This document shows positions 1 through 9,907 of a stretch of 64,000 nt of DNA, piece by piece. Each line of letters opens with the position of its first letter. Positions within the stretch are counted from its first letter, which is position 1. The notes beneath the pieces are model-generated. The model saw nothing but the letters and a program-made list of their open reading frames with translations, did no database searches and was not told the origin of the DNA. A program made the translations under genes and the position numbers. Origin of the DNA: Marinifilaceae bacterium (GTDB taxonomy: Bacteria > Bacteroidota > Bacteroidia > Bacteroidales > Marinifilaceae); contig JADGEF010000001.1 in assembly GCA_016744515.1 (NCBI GenBank), forward strand, positions 49,050 to 113,049, written 5' to 3'.

Positions 1-1393
1 TTGATCCTTCAAGGGTGAATTCCATAATTCTTTCGTGTTCGATTTGTGCTTGAACTTCAGCCTGACTTGTACCCGTCATTGCAGGCATGTCGCCATGCTT
101 TGCCCTGATCTGATTGATTAGGTTAATTGCTGAAGTTGTACCACTTGCACCATCAATTTCATTCACAATTTCTGCATACATAAGCAATACATCAGCATAT
201 CGCATTAAAGGCATGTTTATAGCTGATCGATCAGAAAAATTGTCTGCGCTAGCAGGAATATATTTTCTGAAGTTGATTTTTGTGGTGGAAACATTAAACC
301 ATTGATCGTAGGTTTTTCCATACACATTGGGATTGGCAGAATCATTAAAATAATCATCGCGGAAAAGACAGGTTTCGTACAATCTTGAATCGTGATTTCC
401 ATCTGTGTTTATTTTGCCTTCCTTTTTCATTTCGCTAACTAATGCGTTGGTGCCTAAAATCTCTTCCCAGAAACCGAATTCAGTAGCGCCCATAAAATAC
501 TGGAACCACATATCATATTTTGCACCACCATCTTTAATTGAAGATAGTTGAAGTTCAAATACAGATTCGTTAGAATTTTCATTAGTACCATCGAACATTG
601 AAAGGAAATTATCTTCCAAGCTGTAATTATCTGATTGAATAACTTCATTTAAAGCTTTTTTAGCTTCAGTTAAATATGTTGAGTTATTTTCTTCAGCAGC
701 TCTGTATAAGTAAACTTTACCTAGATAAGCATTGGCAGCACCTTTTGTTGCACGACCAATATCATTTGCAGAACGTTGTTTCGCAAGTACTAGAGCAGCA
801 GCTTTCAAATCGGCAATGATAAAATCGTAGACTTCTGTTCGTGGCGAATCTGCTTTTATTAGATTAGTATGGTCTTGAGGAGTTTTATCTCGGATAATAA
901 CTTTCTTGTAGTGAGATAGAATTTTGAAATAATAATATGCTCGTAGGTATCTGGCTTCTGCGATAATCTCGTTACTAACGTCTTGATCTATTTCCCCTGC
1001 AGGGATATTAGGTGTATTTTCAATAACTTGATTACAGAAATTGATACCACGATAATTGGTTTTCCAAACCAGATTTAGAGCATAGTTTCCCGGAGTATAA
1101 GAAAAATTAAAAAGATCAGTCCACCAGGTATAATTAAAAGCATCGGCACCAGGTTTTATCATATCATTTCTGTAATATTCAATAACTGGACGGCCTTCTT
1201 GCCACTCATCCCATCCAGTAAAACTTTCCAGTTGGGAATATGCTGAAGCTAAACCCGAAAGAGCATCTGATTGATTTCTCCAATAATTGTCAGAAGTGAG
1301 TTTGTCGGGAGATTTTTGATCTAAAAAATCATCGCAGCTCGTTAGGGGAGCAAAAATGATTAGAGCCAATATAAAATATAATAATTTATTCAT
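1..1393 (-). CDS. SusD/RagB family glycan-binding lipoprotein (C-terminus runs off the window)
   Basis: Translated by hand at both ends and spot-checked internally; not in the ORF track. Starts MNKLLYFILALIIFAPLTSCDDFLDQKSP (lipobox Cys) and includes MRYADVLLMYAE and IEHERIMEFTLEGS, typical SusD C-terminal motifs. Directly downstream of SusC. Confidence 0.93.
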   Translation of the reverse strand, partial: MNKLLYFILALIIFAPLTSCDDFLDQKSPDKLTSDNYWRNQSDALSGLASAYSQLESFTGWDEWQEGRPVIEYYRNDMIKPGADAFNYTWWTDLFNFSYTPGNYALNLVWKTNYRGINFCNQVIENTPNIPAGEIDQDVSNEIIAEARYLRAYYYFKILSHYKKVIIRDKTPQDHTNLIKADSPRTEVYDFIIADLKAAALVLAKQRSANDIGRATKGAANAYLGKVYLYRAAEENNSTYLTEAKKALNEVIQSDNYSLEDNFLSMFDGTNENSNESVFELQLSSIKDGGAKYDMWFQYFMGATEFGFWEEILGTNALVSEMKKEGKINTDGNHDSRLYETCLFRDDYFNDSANPNVYGKTYDQWFNVSTTKINFRKYIPASADNFSDRSAINMPLMRYADVLLMYAEIVNEIDGASGTTSAINLINQIRAKHGDMPAMTGTSQAEVQAQIEHERIMEFTLEGS

Positions 1394-1404
1394 GATTTTT
1401 AAAT

Positions 1405-4400
1405 TTAGAAAGTTACTTGAAGACCGAAAACATACGATTTGGTCATTGGGTAAATTGTTCTGTCCACACCTCTTGTTAATGCATCAATTTCACCAGTTTT
1501 GCTATTCATTACCCCAGCAACTTCAGGATCAATGCCAGTGTAGTCGGTTAGTGTTAATAAATTCTGCCCGCTTGCATACAGACGCATTTTACTTAGGTGT
1601 AATTTATTACATATCGATTTTGGTAGTGTGTAACCAATTTGAATATTTCTCAATTTTAAGAAACCTCCATCTTCAAGGAAACGAGTAGATTCGTTGGTGT
1701 TTCCGTTCGGATCACCTAATACTGCACGAGGCATATTTGTATTCTTATTATCAGGAGTCCAAGCATTCAAAGTGTTTTTTGTAAAGTTTCTACCGGCTTC
1801 CATACCTTCCATTTCGAAACGATTCCCATTATAAATTTTGTTGCCTGAAACACCTTGCCAAAACATAGTGAAGTCGAAGTCCTTGTAAGTTGCTGAAAAG
1901 TTGATGCTGTATTCGAAATTCGGGATCCCGCTTCCGCTGTAAACCTTGTCATCTTCATCAATTTTTCCGTTGCCATCAATATCCTTGTATCGAATATCTC
2001 CAGGTTTTGCATTCTTTTGAATTGGATTACTATTAAGAGAATGTTTTGTGATTTCAGCTTCTGATTGAAAAATACCATCGGCTTGATACAAGTAAAACGC
2101 ACCAATTTCGTGACCAACTCGAGTTTGGTTAGGGTAGTGAGATGAGCCATATTTTAGACCTTGACCATAAAGAACTTGATCTGCATTCGCCAAGGCAACA
2201 ACCTCGTTATTCATGCTAGCTATTGTGGTTGTAATGTTGTATTTAAACGCATTATTTCTGTTCGAGTATGTCAACTCCAATTCGAGACCTTTGTTTACAA
2301 TTTCACCAACATTAACTGTAGGGTTATTTACACCTGCTGATAGAGGAACATTCTTAGTGATCAACATATCCGAAGTTGTATTTTTGTAATAGTTGATTGA
2401 ACCGTATATTTTCGAATTTAAGAATGAATAGTCAATCCCAATGTTGATAGACTCTGTTTCTTCCCAACGTAAGTTATGGTTTGCTATATCCCATGCAGCA
2501 GAACCTGTCCATGCATTTTCGCCATTCCCTTTTGAGTAACCACCTACATAGGTGTTTGTATTGGTGATTAACAATTGGTATTCGTAATTCTTTAAGGTAT
2601 CTTCATTACCTAAAAGCCCCCAACTTGCACGAAGTTTTAAGTTGTCGATAAAATTATACTCCTTCATGAAATCTTCTTGAGTAATTCTCCATCCTAATGA
2701 GGCAGAAGGAAAAATTCCATATCGTTCATCTTGTCCGAATTTAGAAGAACCATCGCGACGCATCGTAAACTGGAATAGATATTTGTTATCGTAAGAATAA
2801 TTAATTCGACCTAGTACAGATGCTCTATTGTAGGTGTATTTTGAACCTGAAGTTGTGTAGGTTCCTCCTTTTCCACTATTAATAGTTTTGAAACTTGGAT
2901 CATCGAATCCAATTGGAACCGTTTTTTCTACAATATCACCATCATCATTAACTGAACGTTCAATGGTTTTTCCTTCAACCTGGGCTTCATTCCAATTTTT
3001 TGTGTTGTGATTTATCGAGAATGCAGCAACGCCATTAAAAGAATGCTTGTTGAATTGTTTGTTGAAAGCCAACATTGTTTCAATAATTTCTTCTCGTGTA
3101 TTGCTATTGTATTCAGAAACTGATGGGTACTTTACAATAATTGTTGGATTAGCAATATAATCAGGATGATATTTGTAGTCTTTGTAATTTGAATTTGTTA
3201 AACCCATTCGAGTTGTCCAAGTTAACCATTCAGAGATCTTAAAATCAAGATTTATATTAGCAACCACATATTGATTTGTTTTTTCCTGAGTGTTAAAGTG
3301 ATCCATTGCAACAGGGTTGTCATTGTTTGGAATCCCATTGTTGGTTAAACCGTAACCATATTTCTCATTTGTATCAAAAATAGGAACCAGAGGGGATATA
3401 TGGTAGGTTTCTTTTAGTGATAATTGATGAGGATGATCTGTAGTTTCTGTATACGAGAGTGATCCGTTCAGGGTTAATCTTCCTTTGGTTGTGCCCATGT
3501 TAGCACGTAATGATTTTTTTAGATAATCAGATCCAAGGATGATACCATCCTCGTCGGTGAAGTTTCCAGAGAGACTAAAATGTCCGAAATCACCAGCACT
3601 GCTAATTCTTAAATTATGATTTTGAGAAATTGAGTTACTAATGACTTCTTTAGTCCAATCTGTATCATGTGAGCCAGGATTAGTAATGTAAGCAGGTAAA
3701 TCTGTTCCAGCATTATTGTATATTTGTTGATGTACTTTCAAATATTCATTGGCGTTGAGTAAATCATAAGTATCAACAGCTTTATTAAAGCTTACGTATG
3801 AATTGAATTCAATAAGTGTTTTTCCTTTTTTCCCTTTTTTAGTGCTAACTAAAACAACTCCATTTGCGGCACGAGAGCCGTAAATTGCTGCTGCTGCACC
3901 GTCTTTAAGAACTTCAATGGATTCAATGTCACTGCTACTAAGGAAATTAATATCTCCAGGAATACCGTCTATTACATATAAAGGTTGGCTATTTCCAACA
4001 GTTCCAATTCCCCGAATTTTTACATCTAGACCAGCACCAGGAGTACCACCTATTTTTGTAATTGAAACACCAGCGATCTTTCCCTGCAAGGCTTCAGTTG
4101 GGTTTGTGGCTGCGACTTTGCTTATTTCATCACTTTTTACAGATGATATGGCTCCTGTTAAGTCACTTTTCTTCTGTGTACCATAACCTACAACGACGAC
4201 TTCGTCAAGACCAAGATTTTCAGATTGCAGAACGACATTTAGATTGTTATTCTTAATAATAATCTCTTGAGTTGTCATACCTACAAAAGAGAAAATAAGC
4301 GTTTGCCCTTCTTCAGCCTGAATAGTAAATTCCCCATCAAAATTGGTACTTGTACCATTAGATGTTCCTTTTACGACAACTGATACTCCAGGGATAGAAA

Positions 4401-4596
4401 GCCCATCGTCAGCAGAAGTGACAATACCCGTTACGGTGTTTTGGTTTTGTTCAATATTGCCGGAATTTGATGTTTGTGAAGCTTTCACCAAGGTAGGTGA
4501 AAATAGAATTACGATGATGCATAGTTTCATGAGCCATGAAACGCAGCATTTTTGCGCATAGTGGAATTGCGCAAAAGGGGTTGCATTTTTTTTCAT
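1405..4596 (-). CDS. SusC/RagA family TonB-dependent receptor
   Basis: 1063 aa. N-terminal VTGIVTSADDGLSIPGVSVVVKGT, plug motifs VLKDGAAAAIYGSRAANGVVLVSTKKG and QPLYVIDG, C-terminal aromatic VTF. Confidence 0.97.
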   Translation of the reverse strand: MKKNATPFAQFHYAQKCCVSWLMKLCIIVILFSPTLVKASQTSNSGNIEQNQNTVTGIVTSADDGLSIPGVSVVVKGTSNGTSTNFDGEFTIQAEEGQTLIFSFVGMTTQEIIIKNNNLNVVLQSENLGLDEVVVVGYGTQKKSDLTGAISSVKSDEISKVAATNPTEALQGKIAGVSITKIGGTPGAGLDVKIRGIGTVGNSQPLYVIDGIPGDINFLSSSDIESIEVLKDGAAAAIYGSRAANGVVLVSTKKGKKGKTLIEFNSYVSFNKAVDTYDLLNANEYLKVHQQIYNNAGTDLPAYITNPGSHDTDWTKEVISNSISQNHNLRISSAGDFGHFSLSGNFTDEDGIILGSDYLKKSLRANMGTTKGRLTLNGSLSYTETTDHPHQLSLKETYHISPLVPIFDTNEKYGYGLTNNGIPNNDNPVAMDHFNTQEKTNQYVVANINLDFKISEWLTWTTRMGLTNSNYKDYKYHPDYIANPTIIVKYPSVSEYNSNTREEIIETMLAFNKQFNKHSFNGVAAFSINHNTKNWNEAQVEGKTIERSVNDDGDIVEKTVPIGFDDPSFKTINSGKGGTYTTSGSKYTYNRASVLGRINYSYDNKYLFQFTMRRDGSSKFGQDERYGIFPSASLGWRITQEDFMKEYNFIDNLKLRASWGLLGNEDTLKNYEYQLLITNTNTYVGGYSKGNGENAWTGSAAWDIANHNLRWEETESINIGIDYSFLNSKIYGSINYYKNTTSDMLITKNVPLSAGVNNPTVNVGEIVNKGLELELTYSNRNNAFKYNITTTIASMNNEVVALANADQVLYGQGLKYGSSHYPNQTRVGHEIGAFYLYQADGIFQSEAEITKHSLNSNPIQKNAKPGDIRYKDIDGNGKIDEDDKVYSGSGIPNFEYSINFSATYKDFDFTMFWQGVSGNKIYNGNRFEMEGMEAGRNFTKNTLNAWTPDNKNTNMPRAVLGDPNGNTNESTRFLEDGGFLKLRNIQIGYTLPKSICNKLHLSKMRLYASGQNLLTLTDYTGIDPEVAGVMNSKTGEIDALTRGVDRTIYPMTKSYVFGLQVTF

Positions 4597-4663
4597 AAAT
4601 TTAGGTTCGTTAAAGTTAATGCCAGTTGTCTTCTTTTTTTTGCAATGGAAACAACTGAGCCTA

Positions 4664-4852
4664 TTTAATCTAAAATAATTCCTCGCAGCTTGCTGCGGGT
4701 TTAAAAGAGGAAAGTTTGAAAACCTAAGGTTTTCATAACGCTTTTATAAAAGCGTATTCCCCTAATGAGGGAGAGGCTTGCCTCTTAAAATACTTATCTC
4801 ACGAAAGTGAGATGCCATTAAAGACCTCGTAAGTTTGCTTTGGGGTTGTTTA
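4664..4852 (+). mobile_element. Miniature non-autonomous IS200/IS605-type element in the susC leader
   Basis: End hairpins CCTCGCAGCTTGCTGCGGGTT (4681) and CCTCGTAAGTTTGCTTTGGGGTTGTTTATT (4825) resemble the hairpin after the tnpA remnant (CTTCGGGGCTTGCCTCGGGTTATTCATT, 27719). Interior holds short palindromes and no ORF. Confidence 0.55.
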
Positions 4853-4854
4853 TT

Positions 4855-4890
4855 AGGCAGGGATTGTTGGTAGCTTTCTCTGCCTTTTTT
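4855..4890. promoter_or_regulatory. Hairpin with TGTTGGTAGC loop in the susC 5' leader
   Basis: Stem AGGCAGGGA/TCTCTGCCT, loop TTGTTGGTAGCTT, T-run on the + side. Confidence 0.5.
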
Positions 4891-5162
4891 ATGCAATCTT
4901 ACTTTGGTGTTGAGAAGATTATAATGAATAATCTATTTTAATGGCTGTGTATATTGATTTGTTTTTCTTTTCCCATAAAAACAGGATGTGAGGACATTTC
5001 TATTGTGGTAAATAATAGAAATTTGATAGCTTCAGATCTAGTAGATCCAGCATTCATACAAGCCTTTGTCTGATCTGTTATGAAGTTGACGTAATAGGTT
5101 GTTTTGAATCATAATTACCAAAACTGTATTTGTTAATAGTAGTTATTTTTAATTCTTTGATA

Positions 5163-5198
5163 CAAATATATAAAAAATACCTACCAGTTCCTACCAGT
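5163..5198 (-). promoter_or_regulatory. Probable susC promoter (-7 box TATATTTG) with tandem CTACCAGT repeats just upstream
   Basis: CAAATATA at 5163-5170 reads TATATTTG on the minus strand, matching the Bacteroidota TAnnTTTG consensus. CTACCAGT occurs at 5181 and 5191. Confidence 0.55.
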
Positions 5199-5280
5199 AT
5201 GGTGTATGTAAATTCTTATTTAGAATAGTTTTTATGAGTTCTACCTCTGGAAGACTTGATTTTAGTGATTTAAACTTTTA

Positions 5281-8200
5281 TTAATTATGACTTGTAATAT
5301 CATGAGATTCGATAAAATTCTTCCCATTGTCCATTTTGGACAGGAGTTTAAATTGCTTAGGGGTGTGATCGTATTCTTTTTTAAAGCATCTCGAAAAGTA
5401 TTTGGGATCGTTAAAGCCGACATTAAAAGCAATCTCAGAAATTGTATAGTTATGCTTGACTAAAATAATAGCAGCTTTTTTTAATCTTAAAGAACGCATA
5501 AAATCAACAAGGGTTTTGTTGGTTATGGATTGGAACCTACGGTAGATGTTTGAGTAGCTCATATTTAAGGCTTCAGACAGATCTTCCAATTTGAAATCAG
5601 TATTGATGATATTCTTCTCTAGCTCAATTAATACGGCCTCAATGAATTTTTCATCAGGAGATTCGACTTGTGGAGCTTCTGCTTGAGTTAAAAGTTCTGT
5701 TCTATATTTTTGAATTAAGTTTCTTTGTGATTCAAGAATGTTATTGACCTTGAAGATGAGTTCCTTTACATTGAATGGTTTGTTGATGTATTCAATGGCC
5801 CCATATTTTAAGCCTTCTAGTTTTGATTGTGTGGTGTTACGAGCCGTTAATAGGATGATTGGAATGTGACGTGTTGTTTTTATTTTCTTTAATTCTTTGC
5901 AAAGAGAAATGCCATCCATTATTGGCATCATAACATCACTAATAATTAGATCGGGTTTTACTTCTTGTAGAAGAGATAGTGCTTCTTTGCCATTTTCAGC
6001 TGTGAACACATTATAGTATGCACTAAAAGTATCTTTAAGTAAAAGCAACATCTCGTAATTGTCCTCGACTATTAGGAGCTTAATTTTAGTGTTTGGATTA
6101 ATGCTTGGCGTGTAAAGATCTTCTTTATCTGAATCATCAGCTTGAGCCATTTTATTTATATCTGTTGCATTGATAATCTCATCTGCATTTAAGTGTTTGC
6201 AACCTAATGGAAGCTTTAAACTAAACTCAGTTCCCTTATTAATAGAGGACACAACATTTATTTCTCCCTTGTGCAAAGTGATGAGTTCCTTAGTAAGGGC
6301 GAGCCCAATTCCAGTTCCTCCAACAGCTTTCCCTTCCTTTGATTGATAGAACATGTCAAAGATATGTTTCATGTTTTCTTCATCGATCCCGATACCCGAA
6401 TCAGATATCTTTATAAAGAAATGCTCATAGTTGCTTTGGATTTTAAATTGAATATGACCTTCGCGTGGCGTAAATTTAAAGGCGTTTGCCAAAAGATTAT
6501 AAATCATATGTTCAAGTTTATCTTTGTCGTACCAAAGCATTGTATTATTATCATCCGATTCAAATGTGAAATCGATATGTTTAAACCGTGCTTGCTCTTT
6601 AAAAGATAAAGCAATGGTTTCGCAATGATTAGATATATTATTATGGCTTGTTCGCAATTGCAGTTTTCCCAACTCTCTGTTTCTAACTGTCATTAATTCT
6701 AGAGCAATACGCGATAAGCGTTTTGCGTTATTGTGAATGACATTTAGTCTTTGCTTTAAAAGAAGATTCCCTTCAGCTCTTTCGATCATACTCTCTATGG
6801 GAGCCATGATAAGAGTAAGAGGTGTTTGAATTTCGTGAGACATTTTTGCGAAGAAATTCATTTTCATAGCATACAGTTCATTGTTCTTTTCATTCTGCCA
6901 CTCTTCAATAATGAGTTTTTTCTTTAGTCGGGTCCACATAATGGAATAGCGAATGATGAAAAAGAGAGCAATAATCAGAGCAAGACTGTAGAATGTGTAT
7001 GCCCACCATCTTTGCCACAGCGGTGATAAAACAGTCACTTGTATTGCTCGAGGCTCAATGTCCCAAAGATTTCTTTTGGTTCCAGCTTTTACTTCGAAAG
7101 TGTAATCCCCGTAAGGGATATTGGTGTAGGTTGCAGTGCGATTGGTTTCTGTACTTATCCAGTTTGTGTTAAAGCCCTTTAATCGATAGGCATAAAAATA
7201 ATTGGGATCAAGATGATCGTTAATTATCGAAAATTGAAAGGAGAATGAAGTTTGTTTGTGGTTGAGTTCTATTGTTTTTACCTGTTCTATGCCTTCATAT
7301 ATCTGACTAGGAATAATCTCATTGGCATCTCTATTTACAATGTCTAATTGATTTATTCTTAGTTGGAATTCTTTTTTGCTGGTTTTCATTTTTTTTGGAT
7401 CAAAGAAATTGACACCACCAACACCCCCGAAATAGAGTAGGCCTTTTTGATCGAGACTAGCACTACCAGATAGAAACTTTTCTTTCAAGGTTCCATTTTT
7501 CCATGTATAGGAATAAATTTGTTTCGTATTTAGGTCTAGATGAGAAATGCCACCCGTTTTTGAAACCCATATGTTAGAACTGTCTGCTAAAACAATGGCT
7601 ATACATTCATGTAAATCTTCGATGGTGAAACCTTCGATAGGTTTGGCAAGTTTGTTTTTAATATCGAACTTGATCATTTGGGAATAGGAGTTAAGCAAAT
7701 ATAAATGACCATTTAGATCTGCAGTGCCATGCATGACGCTGTTTTCCATCTGGCTATTTGATTTTGACAACTGGTAGGTTTCGAAATTGGATTGTTCAAA
7801 TAACTCATTTTCGTTGAATAGACAGATTCCTCCCAAGTACATTCCTACCCACAATTGATTATTTTCATCTTCAATAAACACTTCTGCAATACTTCCAATC
7901 AGTCCATTCTCATTGTTTGGGAAGAAAGCAATTTGTTTATTGATGTTTGAAAAAACAAAGATACCTAGATTGGTTCCAGCCCAAATGCGATTTTGTTTAT
8001 CTAAATATAAGGATCTAACATCAGTCACAAGTTGCCCCTCATTATTTTTTATTTGTATGGATTTAAAGAGATTGGTTTTGTCGTTATAGTAGATAAGTCC
8101 ATTAAGATAGGTTCCTATCCACTTGTTATTATTTTTATCCTCAATTATAGCCTGTATGTAATTTCCGTTTAGGCCTTGGTTTGACTTTGAATTGGCAATA

Positions 8201-9378
8201 AACTGTTTGATTGCTTTACCTTGCTTGTTAATCACACTTATGCCTTCACCATCAGTACCCATCCAAAGATTTCCATCTTTACAATTTAATATGGATAAAA
8301 CACGTGTTGGCGTTCCTGATAAGCTTCCACTATAATAGCCAACAGTTGACGATTCATGAGGTAAGATATTGATATTCCCATAATTTGTGAAAATCCAAAT
8401 GTCGCTATTCATTGTTTCTCCAAATCCGATTACTGTATTACTTTGTAGAGAATACTTATTGGTTTTAGAATGCTTGTATATCTTTATTTTTTTTGTTCTT
8501 GGACTGATCTGATATAGTCCACCGCCATCTGTTCCTGCCCAAATTAGACCTTTACTATCGCAAAAAACACGAATAATCATATTTGTTGGGATAAAATGTG
8601 AGGCATCTGCATTTTTATGAAAATGCTCGTAAGTCTGATTTGTAGTGTCATAGAAATAGAGACCATTGAATTCGGTTCCTATCCATAAATTACCAGTTAT
8701 ATCTGTGGTTAAAATAATTGTGTTAGATGATTGGTTAAATGGAACACGAAGTTCCTTAAATGTCATTGTTGTAGTATTTCCTTTAAATATTCGACCATTA
8801 TTTGTGCTAAACCAAATGGTATTGTTTATATCTTCTGAAATTGATGTTATAGTTTCGTTGATTGAATTGATGTCAAACTTAATAAGAGTCGAATCGGATA
8901 AGGATTGCCCTGTCATCGTTCCAAAATTGCTTCCTAACCAAAGTCTTGATTTACCTAAGCTTGATGATTCAAAATTTTGATGTTCATCTAAATTCTGAAT
9001 ACTTGAAAAGCAGGGGATGAATTTTCCTGATGGTAAAAGTTCCGAAATATTCCCTTTTTTAGATACACACCAAATCCTATTGTTTTTATCTTGGACGATG
9101 TTTAGTATAGATGATGATTTTGCATGATCTCCCATCACATCCGAAAATGAATAGGCTTTATAGTTGTACCCATCGAAACGAAGAATGCCTTTATCAGAAT
9201 TTAGCCATAAGTAACCTAAAGAATCCTCAACGACATGACTTGTATTGGTTTGTTGTTTGTCAACTTCAGCACTCAGGTGAATGAAATTTGTTGATTCATC
9301 AGCAAATAGAAAGAAATGAGAGTTGCAAAGAACGATAAGTAGAATGAGTTTGCTTAGGAGGGTGTTATTTTTTAGCAT
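5281..9378 (-). CDS. Hybrid two-component system sensor kinase/response regulator (beta-propeller, Y_Y_Y, HisKA, HATPase, REC, AraC HTH)
   Basis: 1365 aa. Repeated GNLWIGT propeller motifs, TYTNIPYGDYTFEVKA, SHEIQTPLTLI, GGTGIGLALTK, DLIISDVMMP, GFNDPKYFSRCFKK. Confidence 0.97.
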   Translation of the reverse strand: MLKNNTLLSKLILLIVLCNSHFFLFADESTNFIHLSAEVDKQQTNTSHVVEDSLGYLWLNSDKGILRFDGYNYKAYSFSDVMGDHAKSSSILNIVQDKNNRIWCVSKKGNISELLPSGKFIPCFSSIQNLDEHQNFESSSLGKSRLWLGSNFGTMTGQSLSDSTLIKFDINSINETITSISEDINNTIWFSTNNGRIFKGNTTTMTFKELRVPFNQSSNTIILTTDITGNLWIGTEFNGLYFYDTTNQTYEHFHKNADASHFIPTNMIIRVFCDSKGLIWAGTDGGGLYQISPRTKKIKIYKHSKTNKYSLQSNTVIGFGETMNSDIWIFTNYGNINILPHESSTVGYYSGSLSGTPTRVLSILNCKDGNLWMGTDGEGISVINKQGKAIKQFIANSKSNQGLNGNYIQAIIEDKNNNKWIGTYLNGLIYYNDKTNLFKSIQIKNNEGQLVTDVRSLYLDKQNRIWAGTNLGIFVFSNINKQIAFFPNNENGLIGSIAEVFIEDENNQLWVGMYLGGICLFNENELFEQSNFETYQLSKSNSQMENSVMHGTADLNGHLYLLNSYSQMIKFDIKNKLAKPIEGFTIEDLHECIAIVLADSSNIWVSKTGGISHLDLNTKQIYSYTWKNGTLKEKFLSGSASLDQKGLLYFGGVGGVNFFDPKKMKTSKKEFQLRINQLDIVNRDANEIIPSQIYEGIEQVKTIELNHKQTSFSFQFSIINDHLDPNYFYAYRLKGFNTNWISTETNRTATYTNIPYGDYTFEVKAGTKRNLWDIEPRAIQVTVLSPLWQRWWAYTFYSLALIIALFFIIRYSIMWTRLKKKLIIEEWQNEKNNELYAMKMNFFAKMSHEIQTPLTLIMAPIESMIERAEGNLLLKQRLNVIHNNAKRLSRIALELMTVRNRELGKLQLRTSHNNISNHCETIALSFKEQARFKHIDFTFESDDNNTMLWYDKDKLEHMIYNLLANAFKFTPREGHIQFKIQSNYEHFFIKISDSGIGIDEENMKHIFDMFYQSKEGKAVGGTGIGLALTKELITLHKGEINVVSSINKGTEFSLKLPLGCKHLNADEIINATDINKMAQADDSDKEDLYTPSINPNTKIKLLIVEDNYEMLLLLKDTFSAYYNVFTAENGKEALSLLQEVKPDLIISDVMMPIMDGISLCKELKKIKTTRHIPIILLTARNTTQSKLEGLKYGAIEYINKPFNVKELIFKVNNILESQRNLIQKYRTELLTQAEAPQVESPDEKFIEAVLIELEKNIINTDFKLEDLSEALNMSYSNIYRRFQSITNKTLVDFMRSLRLKKAAIILVKHNYTISEIAFNVGFNDPKYFSRCFKKEYDHTPKQFKLLSKMDNGKNFIESHDITSHN

Positions 9379-9408
9379 ACTAACTTAATTTCTAGGTTTG
9401 GGATAAAA

Positions 9409-9416
9409 CAAAAATA
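9409..9416 (-). promoter_or_regulatory. -7 promoter box for the HTCS gene
   Basis: TATTTTTG on the minus strand, 31 bp upstream of the ATG; conserved in the duplicated copy at 14038-14045. Confidence 0.55.
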
Positions 9417-9500
9417 GATATCTGTTGTAAGGCTACCAAAAAAAATGGAATAAAAACAAACAAGAGGGGATCTGTATATAAGGGTTTAATAGATGCTTGT

Positions 9501-9540
9501 GAAAATGTCTACCTATTAGCTTAAAATATCCACTTTTTTA
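9501..9540. promoter_or_regulatory. Candidate HTCS operator (copy 1)
   Basis: 40 bp identical to 14131-14170. Contains direct repeats AAAATGTCTAC and AAAATATCCAC 21 bp apart, the spacing typical of AraC/HTCS sites. Confidence 0.5.
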
Positions 9541-9907
9541 TAATTGTGATTTTCCAATTTTGAAATTTTCATCGTTGAGCAAGTCACTCAATTTGAAATT
9601 TTGCATAGATGTGGAAATTAAAATTAACTTAATTAAATAAAAGCTCTATGAAAAACATTTTGTTGACTATTTGTTTATTGTTAATGATGTGTCCTTAAAC
9701 GAAAGTATGATCATAGATCATGTTTTGAAGAATTGGTCAAAAGAGACATTTCTAGTAAGAACTTTTGTTCGATTAAATTGTCCTAGAAAGTTGGAATTGG
9801 GATTAAATATTTAACACGTCCAAGATAGATGCAATAAAATGATATTCAATGGTGCTTTAGTTTCGTAAATTGATAAAACAGACATATAAATAAATGATAC
9901 AATTAAG

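Noticed and set aside
5040-5113. Short minus-strand ORF MIQNNLLRQLHNRSDKGLYECWIY as an ECF sigma remnant
   Set aside because: Similarity is a few residues only, with no continuation in any frame.
6815-6850. HisKA motif SHEIQTP instead of SHExRTP as a dead kinase
   Set aside because: The phospho-accepting His, G-boxes and receiver Asp are intact; a single substitution is not enough evidence.
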